Below, in pieces: positions 30,496-39,679 of a DNA stretch of 64,000 bases; the stretch's first letter is position 1, and every line of letters begins with the position of its first letter. The stretch is from Candidatus Tetragenococcus pullicola (GTDB taxonomy: Bacteria; Bacillota; Bacilli; Lactobacillales; Enterococcaceae). Location of the stretch: positions 3,051-67,050 of the forward strand of contig DXDB01000177.1 in assembly GCA_019115705.1 (NCBI GenBank). Direction: 5' to 3'. Made by a program: the position numbers and the translations under genes. Below the pieces are notes generated by a model. It saw nothing but the letters and a program-made list of their open reading frames with translations, did not search any database and was not told where the DNA came from.

Positions 30496-31962
30496 TTAGT
30501 GTTCTTCTATAATTTTTGTTAAACGTGCCAATGATTTTTCTTTTCCTAATAATTCAATGGTTTGATCTAATTCTGGACCATGCATTTGTCCAGAAACAGC
30601 TACACGAATTGGCATAAATAAGTTTTTGCCTTTGATTCCTGTTTCTTTTTGTACATCTTTAATAGTTTTTTTAACAGTTGGCGCATCCACCGTTTCTAAA
30701 GTTTTGAGTTTTTCACGGAAGGCTTTTAATACAGTCATTACTGTTTCGCCAGCCAATACTTCTTTACAAGCATCATCTAAATCTGGATGTTCCACAAAGA
30801 ATAAATCGGAAAGATCCACAATTTGTGCGGCATAGCTCATTTGTGGTTGGTATAAACTGACTAGTTTTTTAACCCAAGCCATTTTTTCTTCTGAAAGATT
30901 CTTTTCAACCCGTCCATCTGCTGTCAAATGAGGCAAACACATCCTTACAAGAGTATCAAGATCCATTTCTTTAATGTAATGATTGTTTATCCATTCTAAT
31001 TTTTTGGCATCAAACGCTGCTGGTGATTTACTTAAACGATCGGCATCAAAAAGTTTGATAATTTCTTCTTGAGAAAAGATTTCTTCTTCTCCGCCTGGTG
31101 TCCACCCTAACAAAGCAATAAAGTTAAACATAGCTTCTGGTAAATAACCCAAGGCACGATACTGTTCAATAAATTGTAAAATGGATTCATCCCGTTTACT
31201 TAATTTTTTCCCTGTTTCTGAATTGACGATTAAGGTCATATGACCAAATCTAGGAGCTTTCCAACCAAATGCCTCATAGACCATCAACTGTTTTGGTGTA
31301 TTGGCAATATGATCATCACCACGTAATACGTGGGTAATTTTCATCATGTGATCATCCACTGCTACGGCAAAGTTATAAGTTGGCATGCCATCACGTTTCT
31401 TGATGACAAAATCACCACCGATATTATCGGATTCAAAAACAATATCACCTTTGACAATATCATCAAAACGATATTCTGTATTGCGGGGTACACGGAATCG
31501 GACCACTGATTCCAGTCCTTGCGCTTCTTTTTCCGCCTGTTCTTTTGGCGTCAAATGCGCACATTTTCCACTATAATGTGGCATTTCACCACGGGCACGT
31601 TGCGCTTCACGTTCAGCTTCTAATTCTTCTTCGGTGCAATAACATTTGTAAGCGTGATTGCTTGCTAATAATTGATCGATCAAAGGGTCATAGATATCTT
31701 TACGTTCTGATTGACGATAAGGACCATAAGCTCCTGGGTTCTCTGGTGATTCGTCCCAATCGATTCCTAACCAAGTCAAATTTTCTAACTGGCTTTTTTC
31801 ACCATCTTCAATATTTCTTTTACTATCTGTATCTTCAATTCGAATAATGAAGTCCCCGTCATTGTGTCGTGCATATAAATAGTTGAACAACGCCGTACGG
31901 GCATTGCCGATATGTAAATGACCGGTTGGACTTGGTGCATAACGTACACGTATTTTTGACAT
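30496..31962 (-). CDS. gltX: glutamyl-tRNA synthetase
   Basis: [14 protein letters not shown] (HIGH) and KLSKR (KMSKS-like) motifs. Start at ATG 31962. Confidence 0.97.
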   Translation of the reverse strand: MSKIRVRYAPSPTGHLHIGNARTALFNYLYARHNDGDFIIRIEDTDSKRNIEDGEKSQLENLTWLGIDWDESPENPGAYGPYRQSERKDIYDPLIDQLLASNHAYKCYCTEEELEAEREAQRARGEMPHYSGKCAHLTPKEQAEKEAQGLESVVRFRVPRNTEYRFDDIVKGDIVFESDNIGGDFVIKKRDGMPTYNFAVAVDDHMMKITHVLRGDDHIANTPKQLMVYEAFGWKAPRFGHMTLIVNSETGKKLSKRDESILQFIEQYRALGYLPEAMFNFIALLGWTPGGEEEIFSQEEIIKLFDADRLSKSPAAFDAKKLEWINNHYIKEMDLDTLVRMCLPHLTADGRVEKNLSEEKMAWVKKLVSLYQPQMSYAAQIVDLSDLFFVEHPDLDDACKEVLAGETVMTVLKAFREKLKTLETVDAPTVKKTIKDVQKETGIKGKNLFMPIRVAVSGQMHGPELDQTIELLGKEKSLARLTKIIEEH

Positions 31963-32121
31963 TTTCATCTTCCTCTTCTATCAACTAGTAAATTTCATCT
32001 ACTCACTTTGAATTGTACAGTTAATTGGCAAATTAGTAAAGCCAACGGACAGGAAAATAAGAAAAAACTAGGAAAAACGAAGACTGTACAGGGCTAAAGT
32101 CTAAAATGACGCATAATTTTT

Positions 32122-32246
32122 TTCAATACAAAGAAGATTCAATCTCGCTAGCAAATGAGGGCATGCAGCATCGAGTGTTCAATACAAACCAGCTCAACTT
32201 GTATGAGATAGCCGAGTATTCAATACTCATTTACCTAACTTGTATG
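32122..32246 (+). repeat. TTCAATAC...AACTTGTATG repeat units (two at 41-bp spacing plus a partial third) upstream of the antitoxin gene
   Basis: TTCAATAC at 32122, 32178 and 32219. AACTTGTATG at 32196 and 32237. Each unit contains an ATACAA/TTGTAT inverted repeat. Confidence 0.6.
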
Positions 32247-32320
32247 TTTCACTAATATCCTTGTATAGAAAGAAACTTCACGATATGACTATTCATATAA
32301 TTATACAGGAGGCTACAACC

Positions 32321-32476
32321 ATGAAGGATAACTCACGCAAACAAGGTACTACTCTAATTTTGACGATTCCCTCTCAGTACCATGTCAAAGAACATCAAGC
32401 GTTTGAAGTCAAGCAACTTTCTGATGGAACACTGCTTTTTCATCTGGTAAACAATGATAACTATCCGCCAATATGA
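32321..32476 (+). CDS. AbrB/MazE/PemI-type antitoxin (51 aa)
   Basis: AGGAGG lies 8 nt upstream of ATG 32321. KQGTTLILTIPSQY...LSDGTLLFHLV is a SpoVT/AbrB-like swapped-hairpin pattern, and a PemK-like ORF follows. Confidence 0.55.
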   Translation: MKDNSRKQGTTLILTIPSQYHVKEHQAFEVKQLSDGTLLFHLVNNDNYPPI

Positions 32477-32539
32477 GACGATGATCCTAAAGATATTTAT
32501 TTAATGAAGAAATGGGCTCTTATGATGATGGAGGAAATT

Positions 32540-32758
32540 ATGGACGAGAAAACATTGACTATTAGGCAAGGAGCAATTTATTGGGTAAACGCTGAGCCTT
32601 ATTTGCGACACGAAGAAGGTGGACATCGCCTAAAAGGGAATATCCGCCGACCAGTTGTCGTTGTCTCCAATCAAACCTATAATCAAAATGGTATGGCGAT
32701 TGTTTTTCCAATTACGTCAAGTCAGAAAAAAAGTCGATACTTACTCGTTATTCATTAG
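32540..32758 (+). pseudogene. MazF/PemK-family toxin, C-terminally truncated (72 aa)
   Basis: GAIYWVNAEP...RRPVVVVSNQTYNQNGMAIVFPITSSQKK matches the N-terminal two thirds of PemK. The C-terminal ~35 aa are missing and are not recovered in other frames. Confidence 0.55.
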
Positions 32759-32822
32759 TTTCAGGTTATTCTATATTGATCTATTCTCGTAGATACCGAT
32801 CTCTTTAACGAAAAGATGGACT

Positions 32823-33611
32823 TTACCACAGTGCATTACAAGCAGCAACCACTCGAAGTCTTTCAGGATCGATTTCATCCCGTCCATAGGCATCACAAAA
32901 CCGTTGCGAATAACGATTTGTTCCCAGATTAAAGCCTAATGACCATATAGCTGAATAGATATCAACATGGCGATCTCCTACACCCGCACTATCAAAATCG
33001 ATAAATTTACTAAACTTCCAGTTATTTAAGATAACATTAGGAAGACAATAATCTCCATGTATCAAAGTGTCTGTTTGTAATAATTGGCCATTTTTCTTGA
33101 CTTCTTCTAAAGCCTCTTGTGCTGATTGAAAATTTCCAAAAGTCGTATAAAGCTCCTTGTTGAACCGTTCTTCAGAGTAATCACCTATTACCTTTTGTAA
33201 GAAAAGGAGAGTGTGATTCATAACTGGACAATTGGAACTATCCAGAGAATGTAAAAAACGTAAACTTTCAGCAAGCAAGCCACAGAGTCGCTCAGGTTCT
33301 GACAGATAGGTAGCAGTCGTACAGTCATTTCCTTGTACTCTTTGGGTAATCATATAGCCCGTTTCTTCCTTTTTAAAAAATGCTAAAACTTTAGGCCCTA
33401 CTCCCTTTTTATAAAAATAGTTTGTCAAGGTAACTTCTCTCTTTAAAGACTTAGCTGATGCTATCTTTAAAAAATACCCCTCCTCTTTGTCAATGAATTG
33501 AACCTTTGCCTCAGGTGAACTACTGCTATCATATAACTTTGCACCTTCAAGATAAGAAATTAATTCTATAGGATAATCTTTCCTATTATTATCGATTGGA
33601 ACTCGCTTCAT
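32823..33611 (-). CDS. aminoglycoside phosphotransferase-family kinase (APH(3')-like architecture)
   Basis: 262 aa. Catalytic loop HGDYCLPNV and IDFDSAGVGDRHVDIY align by eye with HGDLGDSN / IDLGRSGRADKWYDI of APH(3')-III. The substrate is unknown. Confidence 0.75.
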   Translation of the reverse strand: MKRVPIDNNRKDYPIELISYLEGAKLYDSSSSPEAKVQFIDKEEGYFLKIASAKSLKREVTLTNYFYKKGVGPKVLAFFKKEETGYMITQRVQGNDCTTATYLSEPERLCGLLAESLRFLHSLDSSNCPVMNHTLLFLQKVIGDYSEERFNKELYTTFGNFQSAQEALEEVKKNGQLLQTDTLIHGDYCLPNVILNNWKFSKFIDFDSAGVGDRHVDIYSAIWSLGFNLGTNRYSQRFCDAYGRDEIDPERLRVVAACNALW

Positions 33612-33686
33612 TTTTTTACTCCTTGCTCCGATTGTTTTGTCGATTGAGTTACTTAAAAAAAGAAAAACTTCCTTTTCAAGTAAAGC

Positions 33687-33716
33687 AAAAAGACAAGGCT
33701 GAAACCTTGTCTTTTT
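33687..33716. terminator. bidirectional intrinsic terminator between yacL and the APH gene
   Basis: AAAAAGACAAGG, CTGAAA, CCTTGTCTTTTT. Confidence 0.8.
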
Positions 33717-33721
33717 CTAGT

Positions 33722-34828
33722 TTAATTACTGATTCCACGACTAGAATGAGCTGGCTTAGCAAAAATCATTCGTCCTGCTGCTGTTTGTAAAGCACTGGTT
33801 ACGATGACAGCCAATCGTTCATTCATATAGTGTTGCCCATCTTCGACCACTACCATTGTTCCATCATCAAGATAAGCAACCCCTTGTTGCCGCTCGGTTC
33901 CTTCTTTAACAATCAAAACTTCCATTGATTCACCAGGAATAACTACTGGTTTGACAGCATTGGCCAACTCATTGATGTTTAATACCGGAACATTTTGAAA
34001 TTCAGCAACTTTATTTAAATTGTAGTCATTTGTCACAACAACACCATCTAATAACTTCGCTAGCTTTAATAATTTACTATCGACTTCACTGATTTCTTCA
34101 AAGTCACCATCATACATCTCAACGACTATGCCTTCTTCTTTTTGAAGCGCATTTAAGATATCTAAGCCCCGTCTTCCACGAACTCGTTTTAAGCTATCTC
34201 CTGAATCGGCAATATATTGCAATTCATACAATACAAAATTGGGAATCAAAAGCGTTCCTTCAATAAAACCCGTTTTTGCAATATCATAGATTCGGCCATC
34301 AATGATTACACTTGTATCTAAGATTTTGTATTTCCGAAAATTATCTTGACGCTTACGTTCTAAAATCTGTTGATCACCAGATTCACTTTTTTTATTTTTT
34401 GGAGCAAAGACTTTTTTCCATTCATCCATTCGTGTGGTTGCTACTTGAAATCCTAAATAACCAAAAAGAATCATCAAAAGAATGGGTACCACACTATTTG
34501 CAAATGGTACTTTCCAATTGAAAAAAGGAATGGATATAATAGCGCCTAAAACCAGCCCCACAATAGTTCCGATTGTGCCGAATAAAAGATAGTTTAAACT
34601 AAATTCACTTAATTTTTTTTCGATTTTTTGAATTCCGGCTGAAATATAACTAGCTACTAATAATGAAAATAAATAAAAAATAATTGCACCTATCAAACTG
34701 TTTGTTATTGAGTTATTCAGCCATTGATTACTGTCTTGTCCTAATGTTTGCCAAGCAAGTGGTAAAAGTGAAACACCAATGCTTGCACCTGCAATCACCA
34801 TTAGTACAATGATTACGCGTTTTTGCAT
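33722..34828 (-). CDS. yacL: PIN/TRAM-domain membrane protein YacL
   Basis: Four N-terminal TM helices, a PIN domain (KILDTSVIIDGRI) and a C-terminal TRAM domain. Start at ATG 34828 (GGGAGG upstream). Confidence 0.85.
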   Translation of the reverse strand: MQKRVIIVLMVIAGASIGVSLLPLAWQTLGQDSNQWLNNSITNSLIGAIIFYLFSLLVASYISAGIQKIEKKLSEFSLNYLLFGTIGTIVGLVLGAIISIPFFNWKVPFANSVVPILLMILFGYLGFQVATTRMDEWKKVFAPKNKKSESGDQQILERKRQDNFRKYKILDTSVIIDGRIYDIAKTGFIEGTLLIPNFVLYELQYIADSGDSLKRVRGRRGLDILNALQKEEGIVVEMYDGDFEEISEVDSKLLKLAKLLDGVVVTNDYNLNKVAEFQNVPVLNINELANAVKPVVIPGESMEVLIVKEGTERQQGVAYLDDGTMVVVEDGQHYMNERLAVIVTSALQTAAGRMIFAKPAHSSRGISN

Positions 34829-34884
34829 ATTTTTTCCTCCCATGATAATAATGTTTAGCAGAAGCCTTTCACAGCCTCTGCCTT

Positions 34885-36255
34885 TTAACGAAATACTTTT
34901 TTTAAACTTTCTTCTAATGTTGCAACTCCAATTACTTCAATTCCCTTTGGCGGTTGCCAGGAAACCAGATTATTTTTAGGAACAAAGACTCGTTTGAAAC
35001 CTAACTTTTGAACTTCTTTTAGACGCTGTTCAATTGCCGTTACTCGTCTCACTTCACCCGTTAGTCCGATTTCACCAATAAAGGCATCGGTGGCTTGTGT
35101 GCCTTTTTCTTTATAACTTGAAGCAATACTCATTGCAATCGCTAAATCAATGGCAGGTTCATTCAACTTTACGCCGCCTGCTGCTTTAAGATAAGCGTCT
35201 TGATTTTGCAACAATAGCCCCGCACGTTTTTCTAAAACGGCCATAATCAAAGAAACACGATTAAAATCAAGACCGGTTGTGGTGCGTTTAGCATTTCCAA
35301 ACATGGTCGGCGTCACCAAAGCTTGGATTTCCACCAAAATGGGACGTGTCCCTTCCATGGCAACAACAATTGCTGACCCACTGGCGCCTTCTAGTCGTTC
35401 TTCTAAAAAAACCTGCGAAGGATTAGCGACTTCATGCAGCCCATCTTCGTGCATTTCAAAAATGCCAATTTCATTGGTCGACCCAAACCGATTTTTTACT
35501 GTCCTTAAAATTCTAAAATTTTGCTGTTTTTCTCCTTCAAAATAAAGAACAGTATCCACCATATGTTCTAGCATTCGCGGCCCAGCAATGGCACCTTCTT
35601 TGGTCACATGCCCAACAATAAAAATAGCAATGCCATTACTTTTGGCAATCTTCAATAATTCAGCTGTGGTCTCCCGTACTTGACTGACACTTCCAGCCAC
35701 GCTTGTCACATCTGGTTGGGTCATGGTTTGTATCGAATCAATGATCACATAATCAGGATCCAATCCTTCAATGGCTTTACGAATATCTCCCATATCTGTT
35801 TCGGGATATAAATAAAATTCTTCATCGGTTACACCCATCCGCTGGGCTCTTAATTTGATTTGTTCTGCACTTTCTTCTCCAGAAACATAAAGCACCTTAC
35901 CACCAGTTTGTGCGAGTTGTTGAGAAACTTGTAATAATAGCGTCGACTTCCCAATTCCGGGATCCCCACCTAGTAAAATCAGCGAGCCTGGAACGACTCC
36001 GCCTCCTAAGACCCGATTCAGTTCAGCAATCTGCGTTTTTACACGTGGTTCTTTTTTAGGAATTACTTCCGCCAAACGAGTGGGCTTCATTTTTTCGCCT
36101 GACAAAGTTGTTCTGGTGCGACGATCTGTTGAATCTTGTAGTTTTACTTCTGCCATGGAATTCCAGCTACCACAATTGGGACACTTGCCCAAATATCGTG
36201 GAGAGATATAGCCACAGTGCTGACATTCAAATTGTATCTTTGCTTTTTTGGCCAT
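34885..36255 (-). CDS. radA: DNA repair protein RadA/Sms
   Basis: N-terminal zinc ribbon CQHCGY...CPNCGSW, Walker [15 protein letters not shown] motif and a Lon-like C-terminal domain. Confidence 0.95.
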   Translation of the reverse strand: MAKKAKIQFECQHCGYISPRYLGKCPNCGSWNSMAEVKLQDSTDRRTRTTLSGEKMKPTRLAEVIPKKEPRVKTQIAELNRVLGGGVVPGSLILLGGDPGIGKSTLLLQVSQQLAQTGGKVLYVSGEESAEQIKLRAQRMGVTDEEFYLYPETDMGDIRKAIEGLDPDYVIIDSIQTMTQPDVTSVAGSVSQVRETTAELLKIAKSNGIAIFIVGHVTKEGAIAGPRMLEHMVDTVLYFEGEKQQNFRILRTVKNRFGSTNEIGIFEMHEDGLHEVANPSQVFLEERLEGASGSAIVVAMEGTRPILVEIQALVTPTMFGNAKRTTTGLDFNRVSLIMAVLEKRAGLLLQNQDAYLKAAGGVKLNEPAIDLAIAMSIASSYKEKGTQATDAFIGEIGLTGEVRRVTAIEQRLKEVQKLGFKRVFVPKNNLVSWQPPKGIEVIGVATLEESLKKVFR

Positions 36256-36283
36256 GGTTGCCTTCTTTCTTTATAGAAATTCT

Positions 36284-36790
36284 TTACTTTTTATCAGAAG
36301 AACCAAAGCCACCCTTTCTTTTCTCACCTTTTTCTTCTTGATCTGCTTTCAAGAAAGGTAAAAAAATACCTTGTCCAATTCGATCTCCTTTTTTGATAGA
36401 AATATCTCGCAAACCAAAATTGGAAAATTGGATAAAAATATGGCCTTCATTTTCTTCATTATTATAATAATCACTATCAATCACACCAATGCCATTAGAA
36501 ACAACTAAAAAACGTTTCAGAGGATTGCTAGAACGATTAGCAATCTGTAAGTATTCATCTTCACCCATATAAGCTTTGATTCCAGTAGGTACAAGGATGG
36601 GCTTTAATTGCTTTTCTGTTTTACTGTTATCCCCATTCACTCGACTGAATAATTGTTTCCAAATACTAGGAATCACAACATCTGCAGCTGCTTCAAAATC
36701 ATATCCCGCAGCATGAGTCGTCGCACGTTTAGGTAAGTTAATCTCTTCTTTTTGATAAGCTGTTACAATTTCAAATCCACGTTTTTTCAT
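36284..36790 (-). CDS. dut: dUTP diphosphatase (trimeric dUTPase family)
   Basis: AAGYDF, NRSS and GVIDSDYY motifs. Start at ATG 36790 (AGGAGG upstream). Confidence 0.8.
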   Translation of the reverse strand: MKKRGFEIVTAYQKEEINLPKRATTHAAGYDFEAAADVVIPSIWKQLFSRVNGDNSKTEKQLKPILVPTGIKAYMGEDEYLQIANRSSNPLKRFLVVSNGIGVIDSDYYNNEENEGHIFIQFSNFGLRDISIKKGDRIGQGIFLPFLKADQEEKGEKRKGGFGSSDKK

Positions 36791-37014
36791 GAACTTCCTC
36801 CTGTTAAATCTAATGTAGATAGGTACATTTATTTTAACATAAAAAAACAAAATACGAAGCTATAAACTAACTTTGTTAACAGAAAACTAAATTTCAAGTG
36901 AACAACAGTAATGTCGCTCACTTTTGGATTTAATATGAAAAATCCTTCTTCTTTTTTGAGAAGTATGTCCTAAAAGATTAAAAAAGTAGGAATTATGGTC
37001 AAGCATTCTCTTTA

Positions 37015-37049
37015 GGTATTCCCTCGGTATTCCATTGGTATTACCGAGG
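37015..37049 (+). repeat. three 11-bp-spaced GGTATTMCC units forming a CCTCGGTA/TACCGAGG hairpin
   Basis: GGTATTCC at 37015 and 37026, GGTATTACC at 37037. The stem pairs 37022-37029 with 37042-37049 and is followed by AATTCTTT. Confidence 0.6.
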
Positions 37050-37057
37050 AATTCTTT

Positions 37058-37200
37058 GTGCGCCCTGCATGGGTAATCACTTGGCGGTGAAGGTCCGCTA
37101 CAGACTTGGCAGTAGGAACTGTTAACGAAAGGCAAGGTGGCAACCGTGAGGTTGTGGCTGAAGGAAGCCGGACGAAAACTCCTGAACTGACGAACATGAA
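37058..37200 (+). mobile_element. group II intron 5' end (domain I) fragment, truncated; no RT ORF, no domain V/VI
   Basis: It starts with GTGCGCCCTGCATGGG, i.e. the GUGYG 5' consensus plus the CCC-N5-GGG first stem, as in Ll.LtrB (GUGCGCCCAGAUAGGG, from memory). The next hairpin GGCGGTGAAGGTCCGCT parallels AGUAGUUUAAGGUACUACU. The 3' limit is uncertain. Confidence 0.5.
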
Positions 37201-37329
37201 AAGGAAGGCTCTTTTGCTGATTTTCTTAGTGCCATTTCGCACTTGTCGCTTCTTTCCATGAAAAAAGTCGAGTTGGATCTAACCACCCTGTTTAAAACGG
37301 TCATGCAAAAAGGAGGCGCCGTAAAATGA
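37186..37329 (+). pseudogene. possible 3' remnant of an ABC transporter ATPase gene
   Basis: Open frame ending ...VELDLTTLFKTVMQKGGAVK*, with its TGA overlapping the permease ATG (ATGA coupling). There are no Walker motifs and only about 47 codons. Confidence 0.3.
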
Positions 37330-38098
37330 GAATTGCTTTTATGGCGGAGTTACGCCGCATTTTATTGCATTATAAACGCTACCCATCAGAAACCATTGCC
37401 AATCGTGATTGCTTCAGCTAGTTTCTATGGTTTGATAGCTGGTGGCCAATTTATTGTTGGAGCACCCATTCTAGGCGACCGTCTAAATGATTTGGTCATC
37501 AGCTATGTGTTGTGGATGCTAATTTTAAATGCCGTGGGTGATAGCGGCTTTGGGATCGCTGAAGAGGCCGAAACTGGGACCTTGGAGCAATTGTACTTAT
37601 CGCCGATGCAACCGACGACCTTATTTTTGATCCGGACAAGTGTCAATATGCTTTTTTCACTCGTTTTTGTTCTCGTCGTTTTAACCCTGCTGATTTTTTT
37701 GATGAAGATCCCTTTTGCTTTTGACATCGCCTTACTTTTGCCGATTTTGCTAGCGTTACTTGTGGCAATGGGGATCGGTCTTCTTGTTGCTAGCCTTGCG
37801 ATCTTGTTCAAACGGATCAACCAACTGCTCAATATCATTCAATTTGTTTTTTATTCTTGATCATGTTCCCCTTTGCTGAAAAAGGCGGCCTCGTCGCTTT
37901 TGTGGGTCACTTCATTCCGCTTTCGCCCATTTTTGATTGGCTTCGCGCTGTGGTAGCAGAGCAAGGCCTTCTCGCGCAACATGGTGGACTTTTTCTTTAT
38001 AGTCTGATCAACACTTTTTTGTGGTTCACACTGGCTATCCTCGCTTTTCGCTATGCCTCAAAAGCCGCACAAAAAAAGGCACGATCGGTCATTATTAA
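37326..38098 (+). pseudogene. ABC-2 type transporter permease with about three frameshifts
   Basis: MRIAFMAELRRILLHYKRYPSETIAN (frame 0, good SD) shifts near 37400 into ORF 37333-37860. It shifts again at a T6 run near 37850 into ORF 37857-38234. An A7 run at 38071-38077 precedes an out-of-frame canonical end, KKGTIGHY*. Confidence 0.65.
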
Positions 38099-38256
38099 AT
38101 GGAAAAAAGCGTCATCCGCAATTTTGAAGGGTGTCGCTTTTTTGATTAAGAATACTGTGCGACTCTTTCGGCTTTACTCCGCATTTTTCTCGTTCTACTC
38201 CGCGATTTCTTCGTCGTTATCTTTCAACGAATAATACTGTGTAGGAGCATTTCTGC

Positions 38257-38679
38257 TTACCTCATTACGATTTTTAAAATTTGCAGATCTAGTTCATCAA
38301 CATTCATCTGATCTAACTCGTCCCACGTACAAAAAGCGATTTTATCCATTTCATCTTGATCCTCCTTCACAAATGGGATTGGTGCTGCGATCGTTCCTAA
38401 GAAAACAGCTCTAAAGCGCGTGATTTTATCTTGAATTTTTGCGATCTTGACTAACTTCAAATCAGTCAAAGTTTGGTGCGTCTCTTCTAAGAACTCTCGC
38501 TGAGCGGTCTCAAAAATAGTTTCTTGAGGCTCCCTTTTACCAGCAGGGACTTCTCATTGTTTACACCAATTGTTGTAACCCACTAAAAATTTCCCCGCAA
38601 ATAAACAAATGATACAGGCGCTAGCCAAGTTCTCCTCTAAAACATTCGCTGGAGACATGATCTTCAATAATTTAGTCAT
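38257..38679 (-). pseudogene. Nudix hydrolase interrupted by an in-frame TGA (codon 42)
   Basis: AAGGAG SD plus ATG 38679. The Nudix box is GKREPQETIFETAQREFLEETH. The TGA at 38554-38556 sits where the conserved W of the W-E-x-P-G-G motif is expected (..NNWCKQ*EVPAGK..). Confidence 0.7.
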
Positions 38680-38700
38680 GGTATCTCCTTATTCATAGAT

Positions 38701-38800
38701 ATTTCTAAAATACGCTGAAATTTTCCACTAATCACTAGATATGTGTGTGCCATATCTTAGCTCTATTTCTAAAATAATTCTCAAAATTTTCCAATAATAC
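38701..38800 (+). repeat. two ~35-bp direct repeats (64-bp period) in the proB upstream region
   Basis: ATTTCTAAAATACGCTGAAATTTTCCACTAATCAC versus ATTTCTAAAATAATTCTCAAAATTTTCCAATAATAC. The palindrome AGATATG-N7-CATATCT lies between them. Confidence 0.6.
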
Positions 38801-38860
38801 ATGAAAAATCGCTCGTTTCCTAGTACAATAGACCAAACACTAATAGAAAAAGGTGACAGT

Positions 38861-39679
38861 ATGCGAGAAAGTATGGCAAAAGTGAAGCGGTTGGTGGTCA
38901 AGATCGGGACGAGTTCTTTGATCTATCCCAATGGTAAAGTCAATTTATCCGGGATCGATGAGTTAGCTTATGTGTTGACAGACTTGCACAATCGGGGATT
39001 GGAAGTGATTTTGGTCACATCTGGAGCAATCGGTGTCGGTTTAAACAAATTACAATTATTAGAACGGCCCCAAAAAATCCCAGAACAACAAGCGGTAGCG
39101 GCTGTTGGTCAAACGGAATTGATGACAATCTATACCCAACGCTTTGAAGCCTACAGCCAAAAAACGGCGCAAGTCTTACTGACACGCGACATTGTGGAAT
39201 TTCCAAAAAGTCGGAACAATGTGGTTAATACCTTGAATCAGTTGCTAGCCATGGATATCCTCCCGATCATCAACGAAAATGACACCGTGGCCGTCGATGA
39301 GTTGGACCATTTAACCAAATTTGGTGATAATGACCAACTGTCGGCTATCGTGACCGAGCTGGTCGCCGCCGATCTTTTGATCATGTTATCCGATATCAAT
39401 GGCTTTTATTCTGACGATCCGAGCAAAAACAGTCAAGCAATCCTTTATTCACACGTCAGTAAGATCACAGATGAATTGCTAAAAGAGGCTGGTGGCACAA
39501 GTTCTGCTTTTGGCACGGGTGGGATGCGTAGTAAACTGAAAGCCGCCCAACGTGTGTTAGATACCTCGAGCAAAATGGTGCTGGCCAATGGCAAACGTCC
39601 GAAGATCATTTTTGACATTTTAGCAGGTAAAGAAATCGGGACCCTTTTTGAAGAAATGGAGGAAAACGACAATGACTGA
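38861..39679 (+). CDS. proB: glutamate 5-kinase (no PUA domain)
   Basis: VVKIGTSSL and VTSGAIGVG amino-acid-kinase motifs. Start taken at ATG 38861. Confidence 0.9.
   Translation: MRESMAKVKRLVVKIGTSSLIYPNGKVNLSGIDELAYVLTDLHNRGLEVILVTSGAIGVGLNKLQLLERPQKIPEQQAVAAVGQTELMTIYTQRFEAYSQKTAQVLLTRDIVEFPKSRNNVVNTLNQLLAMDILPIINENDTVAVDELDHLTKFGDNDQLSAIVTELVAADLLIMLSDINGFYSDDPSKNSQAILYSHVSKITDELLKEAGGTSSAFGTGGMRSKLKAAQRVLDTSSKMVLANGKRPKIIFDILAGKEIGTLFEEMEENDND

Noticed and set aside
32740-32822. Recovery of the missing MazF C-terminus by a frameshift at the A7 run (32730s).
   Set aside because: Both alternative frames terminate within about 25 codons and do not show the conserved PemK C-terminal pattern.
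37058-37200. Alternative identities for the structured region: cobalamin riboswitch, SRP RNA, RNase P RNA, tmRNA.
   Set aside because: GGTGAAGGTCC and GAAGCCGGACG look superficially like the cobalamin core and B12 box, but the B12-box consensus and the GCCACTG element are missing. There is no GGAA-tetraloop SRP domain IV, no GAGGAAAGTCC of RNase P, and no tmRNA tag or acceptor features.
36887-37304. Three mutually overlapping minus-strand ORFs (36887-37135, 37012-37242, 37122-37304).
   Set aside because: They overlap each other in different frames, have no SD, and cover the GC-rich structured-RNA-like region. The plus-strand group II intron fragment is a better explanation.
38680-38860. T-box leader upstream of proBA, as in B. 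subtilis.
   Set aside because: The region is only about 180 nt and has no T-box motif, specifier domain or terminator.
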